IMG/VR virus record: IMGVR_UViG_3300006735_000013
Span: 95,579 to 159,578 of that record
Length of the DNA: 64,000 nucleotides
Source of the DNA: a virus
Reading direction: 5' to 3' (one strand)
Shown here: positions 57,696-64,000 of the stretch, piece after piece
How positions within the stretch are numbered: position 1 is the first letter of the stretch
Layout of the letters: each line of letters opens with the position of its first letter
The notes under the pieces: model-generated
What the model was told of the DNA's origin: nothing
Database searches by the model: none
The model's input: the letters and a program-made list of their open reading frames with translations, nothing else
Program-made: the position numbers and the translations under genes

Positions 57696-59174
57696 CTAAT
57701 TCACCGTATTATGTTTACTATTTATATAGATTTCACTACTTGGGTCTAAGTAACTAGAGTTGATATTGAAATTATTTAGCTCCTGTTTTACAGAATCAAA
57801 TCTTGTCTTAACGAGAGTTTGTATTTGCGTCACTAGCTCCGCGACCTCTCTAAATGGATTGCCTGCTGTTATACCACCAGGTATGGGCATGAATTCAAAC
57901 GATTTAGCCACATGACTATTTAATTTAGATTGAAATGTCACATATGCATCGAGGGACTGGTTTAGGTCACTTATTCTTTTCATTATTGACTTTAGGCACC
58001 TTTCTAAATTGTCTCCCAAAGGGATGGGCTGTTGATATAGCCTGTTGCCTTCTCTATCTATTCCGTTTTGCGCAATCAAGTGAATTCCATGGTTTCGCTT
58101 TATTGAGTTTCCTTGAGAATTGTGCTGCTCAAAGGGGCCACCAGTAACTATCTTTATATCCTGTCTTGCATGCAATCTTACTTTATCAGCTTTCAGTATT
58201 ATTCCACTAGTCGGCGCGACCTTTGGAGATGGTCGCCTAGATGAAGTTAGAGCTTTTGAGATCTTAAAGTTTTCATCAACTGCGGTCATTTGACTTACAT
58301 AAATGCGCGCAGCGTCCATGACCATCCCCGGATGAGAGCCACCTTCCAACGGATAATCAGCTATCTCTGGTGGGTAACTAGTATTGAAACTTGGGCCCAA
58401 GACTATACTGTCACCAGAAATTGATTCCTCCAAAGGGAATGGCGCCATTCTCCCGGCGACAATATCGATTGCACCTGCACCCATATGATCCGAAAATCCT
58501 GAGTTGTAGTTTCTCTCTAGGATGCTTTTTGTGTATACTTGGCTTTGTTGCGGCGCGTGGTCTCGACCAAGCATAATCATTGTATTGTTCATGCCCCTTA
58601 TAATATTGTCTCCTGGTCGGACGAAAGGTTCTGGGTTTGGCTCTTCTAATTCTTCCTCTCCTACGCCATCTATTTCGTCCCCTAGGCCAAACCATGTAGA
58701 GGACCACGGAACATGATTGCGAGGGCGCCCTTTGACCATATGACTTTTTGTTTCTTCTTCTTCTGAAGTTTGTTTTATATTTTTCTCTTCTTCTTCTGAC
58801 AGCGCTTTTGGGTCCACCCTCACTTGAGCTGAAAGGTTCGATAGTCCCTCCGTTGTTGTTCTATTTTCTCCCGAAATGTTACTATTGTAATCATAGCTAC
58901 TATCTTCCTTTGTGGGGATTCCAGCCTGTCGATCTAGGGCCCTCTTGGACGTCTGGCCTGTTTTGTTTGCTGCGGCTTTATAATACCGGGTGCGCGCTCC
59001 GGATTCGGCTGCAGAAGGGTCTGCAGCAGAAAATTGCTCTGTTATTTTCTCTCCATCAATCTCAACTGTGTAAGTTGAGACATACCTTCCGTCAGGTTGG
59101 CGGACAGTTGAATATCGTGGTGGTCTTGTCACTACTCCTTTAGGCATTTTATATACTCTCCTACCTCTTGTCAA
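57696..59174 (-). CDS. Baseplate hub/spike, gp5/VgrG-like
   Basis: 'PGDNIIRG.NNTMIMLGRD', 'SGIILKADKVRLHARQDIKI', 'QPIPLGDNL'; position in the baseplate block. Confidence 0.5.
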   Translation of the reverse strand: MTRGRRVYKMPKGVVTRPPRYSTVRQPDGRYVSTYTVEIDGEKITEQFSAADPSAAESGARTRYYKAAANKTGQTSKRALDRQAGIPTKEDSSYDYNSNISGENRTTTEGLSNLSAQVRVDPKALSEEEEKNIKQTSEEEETKSHMVKGRPRNHVPWSSTWFGLGDEIDGVGEEELEEPNPEPFVRPGDNIIRGMNNTMIMLGRDHAPQQSQVYTKSILERNYNSGFSDHMGAGAIDIVAGRMAPFPLEESISGDSIVLGPSFNTSYPPEIADYPLEGGSHPGMVMDAARIYVSQMTAVDENFKISKALTSSRRPSPKVAPTSGIILKADKVRLHARQDIKIVTGGPFEQHNSQGNSIKRNHGIHLIAQNGIDREGNRLYQQPIPLGDNLERCLKSIMKRISDLNQSLDAYVTFQSKLNSHVAKSFEFMPIPGGITAGNPFREVAELVTQIQTLVKTRFDSVKQELNNFNINSSYLDPSSEIYINSKHNTVN

Positions 59175-59787
59175 CTGATGTTATCAGTCCATATGAAAAA
59201 TCATAATTATATGGAAATTTAACTTTTATTGAACTGGCCAGGGTTGGCTCAGTTGTGTCAGACCCTTCAGACTGGATATAATAGGCTTTTGGGAATCTAG
59301 ATATTTGTTTGATTATTTTGTCAAGTTTTGCATCTTGCTCATCATTAGCCTGTTTCTTAAATTGATCAGCAACAGCAGATAACCTAGTGGTGGCAAGTGC
59401 TCGATTTTTATTGATGTCACTCATCAACTTGAAATAGTCATCACTATCTTCAGGCTGAGGTAAACAGGAGCAAATTTCTGGAACGTAGATTATTGCTTCT
59501 ATTATCTTTGTCTTTTTTGGCTGCGGGGCTTTTGAAGCTTTCTTTTTTTTCCAGCCCATGCAAAATTCGACAAAAACGTTGTTGTATTTTTTTTCAAATT
59601 CTTCATAGGTTATCATTGTTTTGTAAAGTATTATTCCGCGGAAGTCCGTTGTTTGATATGGTGAATCTGGCGCCCGATAGCTTGCCAGCATAGCATCTAC
59701 ATTTTCACTCTTGTTGCCCGTCGCGGGCTTGGGGTCTGGCTTTTTTTCCTGCGGCTTAGGCTTGAGGAGGTTATCAAACGTCTTCAT
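59161..59787 (-). CDS. Hypothetical protein
   Basis: 208-aa ORF overlapping its neighbours. Confidence 0.7.
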   Translation of the reverse strand: MKTFDNLLKPKPQEKKPDPKPATGNKSENVDAMLASYRAPDSPYQTTDFRGIILYKTMITYEEFEKKYNNVFVEFCMGWKKKKASKAPQPKKTKIIEAIIYVPEICSCLPQPEDSDDYFKLMSDINKNRALATTRLSAVADQFKKQANDEQDAKLDKIIKQISRFPKAYYIQSEGSDTTEPTLASSIKVKFPYNYDFSYGLITSVDKR

Positions 59788-60073
59788 CAGCAGACTCCTT
59801 TATCATGTCAAAAATATCTTGCTTGTCTTCCTCTGTGATGTTTTGATTTTCTTTTGCTTTTTTCTGCACTAGTGCTGCTAGCTTGACAAGCTGCTCGTTT
59901 GACCTCTGTAGCGTCTCTAGATATTTTGCCGCGACTAGGCCAACCTCGCGATGTCGATCATCGCTGATTTGCATATATTTCATCAAACCCATGAGTAAAG
60001 CTTTTGTCGCGGCGCGGTCTTCGTTGATGTTACTTTTTGCTTGATCTATAAAATCTTCTACTTTCTTTGACAT
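59774..60073 (-). CDS. Small helical protein (possible terminase small subunit)
   Basis: 99 aa, all-helical 'AAKYLETLQRSNEQLVKLAALVQK'; the functional guess is weak. Confidence 0.4.
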   Translation of the reverse strand: MSKKVEDFIDQAKSNINEDRAATKALLMGLMKYMQISDDRHREVGLVAAKYLETLQRSNEQLVKLAALVQKKAKENQNITEEDKQDIFDMIKESADEDV

Positions 60074-60100
60074 ATAATAAATACTTTTTACCTGAAATAT

Positions 60101-60820
60101 TTACTCTTTATCCCACTTGGTTTTAAAATTTCTATATCTCTCTCTTATCTTATTGAGGTTGTTCACGACTTGCTTTGTGTTTAGCCCTGTAAGTTCTCTT
60201 AGATAAAGGTAGACTGCTTTTTTATTGAAAATTTCGATATCGTCAATATTATGCAATAATATCCTAACCGCATCCAAAACAGATTTCTCGTTTTTCTTTA
60301 GAGAGCCCGTGTCCCATTTTTCTACATTTTCTAAAAGATTGTTCCAAAATTCTGTCTCTATCCTTTGAGCTATATAACCATCACTAGGGTCTGTTGTTCC
60401 TAATATGTCTGCTCCGCCATTTTCAACTAGATTTTCAAACGAAACTTCTTTTTTTATTTTTTTAGAATTCTGTTTTACTTTGTGAATAAACCAGTTTTTT
60501 GTAACTACTGAAAAATATGAGAAGGCCTTCGATCCTTTGTCTGGGTCGTACTTGTTCAATATGGTTGTTAGCCAAACTTTGCAATCATCTCTGAGTTGGT
60601 CTATGTTCGGTAGAATATTGAATTTGTAAGTAAAGATTATTTTATTTACCATCTCGTTGAATGCTGGCTGGATGAGATCTTCATAAAGTTTTGATCTTGT
60701 TTTATAGCAATTTGTTTTGCAGTAATCAATTATTGCGTTTTCATGAACCTTTGTGAAGTACAGGTTCTTGGTGCGCCGTCGGCGGCGGCGTGGCTTGGAA
60801 ATGGAGGCTTTGTTAGTCAT
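60101..60820 (-). CDS. Phage sigma factor, T4 gp55-like (late transcription)
   Basis: 'LYF', 'FNEMVNKII', 'LNKYDPDKGSKAFSYFSVVTKNWFI' region-2 motif; start probably ATG 60820. Confidence 0.75.
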   Translation of the reverse strand: MTNKASISKPRRRRRRTKNLYFTKVHENAIIDYCKTNCYKTRSKLYEDLIQPAFNEMVNKIIFTYKFNILPNIDQLRDDCKVWLTTILNKYDPDKGSKAFSYFSVVTKNWFIHKVKQNSKKIKKEVSFENLVENGGADILGTTDPSDGYIAQRIETEFWNNLLENVEKWDTGSLKKNEKSVLDAVRILLHNIDDIEIFNKKAVYLYLRELTGLNTKQVVNNLNKIRERYRNFKTKWDKE

Positions 60821-61106
60821 TAGGCGCCTCCACGTCATCCGGGGGGGTCAGAACAATATAATCAAATTCTTGTACTTTTTCAATTAGATCTGAACCGTGA
60901 GAAATCAGAGATTTTAAAGTTTCATCTCCATAAAACATCTCCATTTCATGAACAGACCTTACGTGATTCACGTACTCGTTAACTATAATAGATAAACTTT
61001 CCGCTTCCTCTTCTTTTACTCTCACTATATTTATGAGCCATCTAGAATATAAAAGAAGAAGTATGTTTGCAGACACACTCAAAACTAAAAAAATTGTTTC
61101 TATCAT
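60813..61106 (-). CDS. Small membrane-anchored hypothetical protein
   Basis: N-terminal TM helix; 'EMEMFYGDETL'. Confidence 0.65.
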   Translation of the reverse strand: MIETIFLVLSVSANILLLLYSRWLINIVRVKEEEAESLSIIVNEYVNHVRSVHEMEMFYGDETLKSLISHGSDLIEKVQEFDYIVLTPPDDVEAPND

Positions 61107-61360
61107 TTTTTATATTCGTCCATTATCATCTCTTTTTTTTGCTGTTTTAGTTCTTTTTTTGCGTCTGAAATAAATTCGTCGACAACTTTTCCTGTTTTTT
61201 GCTTATCTTTTTGAATAACCTTGTTTATTGAAAAACTGGGTACTTTTACTAGCGTTTCTATTCTCTTGCAAAGAACGCAGTGCCTTTGTTCGTGGAACAT
61301 CCCATGATTGATTTCAAAACTTTCCCTACAGGCTGTACATTCATATACGTATCTGGGCAT
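61103..61360 (-). CDS. FmdB-family zinc-ribbon protein
   Basis: 'MPRYVYECTACRESFE...CVLC'. Confidence 0.8.
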   Translation of the reverse strand: MPRYVYECTACRESFEINHGMFHEQRHCVLCKRIETLVKVPSFSINKVIQKDKQKTGKVVDEFISDAKKELKQQKKEMIMDEYKK

Positions 61361-61567
61361 CTAGTCTGAGCCAGTTGTAGTGTTCATTTCTGGTTCAAAC
61401 ACTTCACCGTCTATCTTGAAGTTTGGCGGGTTTGTAACAGTCAGGCATTTATCTTCGTTACATTCGAATTCAAAAGACTGTAGTGTTGGCACTATGTCGC
61501 TCTGCTCCAACAAACTCTTTTGTAAGGCCATCATGATGGCGCCCATGGCTTGATTAGATAGTTTCAT
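61361..61567 (-). CDS. Hypothetical protein
   Basis: Start reassigned to MKLSNQ (AGGAG SD, ATGA overlap). Confidence 0.7.
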   Translation of the reverse strand: MKLSNQAMGAIMMALQKSLLEQSDIVPTLQSFEFECNEDKCLTVTNPPNFKIDGEVFEPEMNTTTGSD

Positions 61568-62439
61568 TTTTTCTCCTTTTTTAGTGCAGTAAAACACTTT
61601 TTTATTCCTTTTTTCACACTTATCTTAGCACTCCAGCCAAATTTTTTAAACGATTTAGTTTTAGCTTTTGTTATCATCACTTCGCCCGGGCGCGGATCTT
61701 CATAAATAAATTCCAAATCCGGAAATACTTTTGTCACAATCTTCTTCATTTCATTCAAAGATATGTTTGTACCTGTCCCTACATCAAAGACTTGGCCGCG
61801 GATATCATCAATATTGTCAATACAAAAAATATTAGCAGAAACCACATCTTCGACATGCGCCATATCTCTCCTCTGTAATCCATCACCGGTGATAAAGGGG
61901 ACTTTTTCATCTCTTATATATTGCATCCAATTAGCAACCGCGGTCGCGTATGGGCCATCGGCCTTCTGATCTGCAGAATACACATTGAAATATCTTAAAG
62001 ACACTGTCTTTATATCATACAGCTCATTATACAGAACTGTTTCCATCTCCCCAACATATTTTGAGAGAGCATAGGGACTTGTTGGCCCGTTGCCATTTCC
62101 GACGACGGAAGAAGAACTTGAATATACAACCGGAATAGAAAAATGTTTTGCAAATTTTAGTATCTTAGAGGTTGAGAGTACATTATTTCTCATTACTTCT
62201 ACTGGGTTTTTTATACTATAACCAACTCTGGGGATGGCTGCTAGGTGAAATATAAACTCAGGTATGAATTCATAAAACTGCATCGGCATGCCGTCACAAA
62301 TATCCTCACCTGGTAGGTCTTTCCCAGCTATAGTGCAACCTTCCAGGTCTATACCCGCTACCTCATGCCCAAGAGCCTCTAATGCTGAAAATAGGTGACC
62401 ACCGATGTAGCCTTTATGTCCTGTTACTAAAATCCTCAT
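61564..62439 (-). CDS. NAD-dependent nucleotide-sugar epimerase/dehydratase
   Basis: 'ILVTGHKGYIG', 'FHLAA', 'YSSSS', 'PYALSK', 'LRYFNVY', 'GDGLQRRD'. Confidence 0.93.
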   Translation of the reverse strand: MRILVTGHKGYIGGHLFSALEALGHEVAGIDLEGCTIAGKDLPGEDICDGMPMQFYEFIPEFIFHLAAIPRVGYSIKNPVEVMRNNVLSTSKILKFAKHFSIPVVYSSSSSVVGNGNGPTSPYALSKYVGEMETVLYNELYDIKTVSLRYFNVYSADQKADGPYATAVANWMQYIRDEKVPFITGDGLQRRDMAHVEDVVSANIFCIDNIDDIRGQVFDVGTGTNISLNEMKKIVTKVFPDLEFIYEDPRPGEVMITKAKTKSFKKFGWSAKISVKKGIKKCFTALKKEKK

Positions 62440-62440
62440 T

Positions 62441-63016
62441 CTATATCCAATCTAAATTTATGTTTGTGATGTCTAAGGCTTCTATTTTTCTGCGGACTTC
62501 TGCCATTCCTGGCCGGCATGATGGTACTTTCTTTTCATGAGTCTCAACAAAAACAAACGGGATTGAAAGAATCGTTCCATTATCAATCATTTGGTTTAAA
62601 ATTTTGTGTTCCTCACCTTCAATGTCAATTTTCAGAACTTTTACTGGCTTATCTAAGTCTGATATAAATTCTGATAAGTTTATTATCTCTACTTCTTCAA
62701 AGGTTTCTTCATTTGCATTGTTTTTATCTCCTACCATTGAAGATCCAGTAGAATATTTCACATGATCTAGGCTTGCGGACTCATGAAAGAACAGTTTGCC
62801 AGTTCCGGAAGCGTCAGAAACTGCCTTTTTGATGCAAATTACTCTTTCATTTCCTCTAAATCTGTACTCAAGTACCCTGAAAGCGTACGGATTTGGTTCG
62901 AAAGCGTAAACTATTGCGCCCTTTTCAACAAAATAATTGGTGACATCTCCAACATTTGCGCCACAATCGATGACTATATCGTCCTTTTTAATGTTTATTT
63001 GCTCTAAACTACTCAT
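62441..63016 (-). CDS. FkbM-family SAM methyltransferase
   Basis: 'VIDCGANVG', 'VYAFEPNP', 'LKIDIEGEE'. Confidence 0.92.
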   Translation of the reverse strand: MSSLEQINIKKDDIVIDCGANVGDVTNYFVEKGAIVYAFEPNPYAFRVLEYRFRGNERVICIKKAVSDASGTGKLFFHESASLDHVKYSTGSSMVGDKNNANEETFEEVEIINLSEFISDLDKPVKVLKIDIEGEEHKILNQMIDNGTILSIPFVFVETHEKKVPSCRPGMAEVRRKIEALDITNINLDWI

Positions 63017-63893
63017 ATCTTGAAACCAAAATGGCCCTCACTGCCTTTCCACCATACACATTATCGTGTAAATTTGTTGTAATCCTGATTGCATCATCGT
63101 TATCCACTCCTGTATATATACTGCGAATCCAACCATCAGATGGCATCTCTAGGTCTGCAGTATAACCCAGCTCCTTGAAGGGCGCAGGATTTGAAACCGG
63201 TGTCGCGATTATCTTCTCTATTTTGAATCCTATTGATTCATATTTTTTTAGTACTTTTGCAAAATCATTATTTTCATTATATTCTTTTGCATGTACTTCT
63301 AACAAAAAGTGTGTTTGTCCTCTATTTTTCTTAAAGTATTCAAAGGCGCCTTCGAAGACGCTAACTTCGTGCCCCTCAATGTCCATCTTTATAAAGTTGG
63401 GATACCTCCTAGATGAACAAAAGCTTTCTAAGGAAAAGCAAGGTATCCGTTCCTCTCTAATACTATGCCTAGTTTTTGACACGCTATTGAGATTTGGTTG
63501 GTTAGCTATCCAAAATGGAGATTCGCCATCATGGTCTGTAATCACACAACGAGCGATCTCTACCTTTGCATCGTCATGGTAGTTGTTTAGCTTTATATTG
63601 TGCTCTAAGAATTTTAAATTATGGCTGTCTGGCTCTATTGCATAAACAAATCCGCTAGGGCCCACACCCCTAAGCATAAACATAGTTGCATACCCTATGT
63701 TTGAACCTAGATCTATGCAGGTCATACCCGGTTTCACAGTATTGATTAGGGTATTCATAAAAAGCTTCTCTCTCGCAAAAGAAAAATCTGTACCAGTAGT
63801 GTTAGCTGAATTGAGAACCCTGCCTATGCCTCCATCTTCAATGTCTACAGCCCAATCAAAGCCATCGACGGTTTTTTTCACAATCTTGCTCAT
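63009..63893 (-). CDS. FkbM-family SAM methyltransferase
   Basis: 'CIDLGSNIGY', 'VYAIEP', 'FIKMDIEGHE', 'LEVH'. Confidence 0.92.
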   Translation of the reverse strand: MSKIVKKTVDGFDWAVDIEDGGIGRVLNSANTTGTDFSFAREKLFMNTLINTVKPGMTCIDLGSNIGYATMFMLRGVGPSGFVYAIEPDSHNLKFLEHNIKLNNYHDDAKVEIARCVITDHDGESPFWIANQPNLNSVSKTRHSIREERIPCFSLESFCSSRRYPNFIKMDIEGHEVSVFEGAFEYFKKNRGQTHFLLEVHAKEYNENNDFAKVLKKYESIGFKIEKIIATPVSNPAPFKELGYTADLEMPSDGWIRSIYTGVDNDDAIRITTNLHDNVYGGKAVRAILVSRYE

Positions 63894-63896
63894 AAC

Positions 63897-64000
63897 TTAT
63901 GTATATAGGTAGTCCTGGTTATATTCCCTTACATTGTCACTTCTTGTGGGGGTTTTCCAATCCTTATAAAGATAAGATAAATATTCATCTGCAGGGCCAG
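63897..64000 (-). CDS. 3' end of a probable LicD-family nucleotidyltransferase (partial)
   Basis: GPADEYLSYLYKDWKTP...* matches the LicD C-terminal P...YL...YG.W..P pattern; only 33 codons are visible. Confidence 0.5.
   Translation of the reverse strand, partial: GPADEYLSYLYKDWKTPTRSDNVREYNQDYLYT

Noticed and set aside
50-63912. All plus-strand ORFs in the track (e.g. 5803..6342, 16736..17242)
   Set aside because: Antisense shadows of well-supported minus-strand genes; the poly-SSKS product is just the reverse of the EDDF repeat
1-64000. Genome-wide stop-codon reassignment
   Set aside because: TGA ends genes in ATGA overlaps (14435, 42021, 61103, 61564); TAG ends capsid, terminase and primase at the expected C-termini; coding density is already high under code 11

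Overview
This window is part of a large T4-like (huge/jumbo-type) myovirus genome, with every credible gene on the minus strand. In transcription order (right to left) it holds: a glycan-modification cluster (partial LicD-like gene, two FkbM methyltransferases, NAD-dependent epimerase); an FmdB zinc ribbon and a gp55-like sigma factor; a baseplate/tail block with two giant proteins (3824 and 3472 aa) and gp5-, gp25- and gp6-like subunits; a J-domain protein, RuvC-like resolvase and primase; a fused Mre11/SbcD-Rad50/SbcC gene broken by one in-frame TGA; a probable lysis cassette; and the head module (terminase, portal, prohead protease, ribosomal protein bS21, scaffold, major capsid, neck proteins). 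Beyond the ORF track I found a ~110-nt structured leader RNA after the capsid gene (kissing loops plus an 8-bp anti-SD helix), three unlisted small ORFs, a recurring CTATTTA late-promoter-like motif, pervasive [ST]-[GAS]-[ST] motifs in virion proteins, a module shared by two baseplate proteins, and an apparent excess of GC-only palindromes. No tRNA, rRNA, CRISPR array or mobile element was seen. All calls come from motif recognition by eye; no searches were run.
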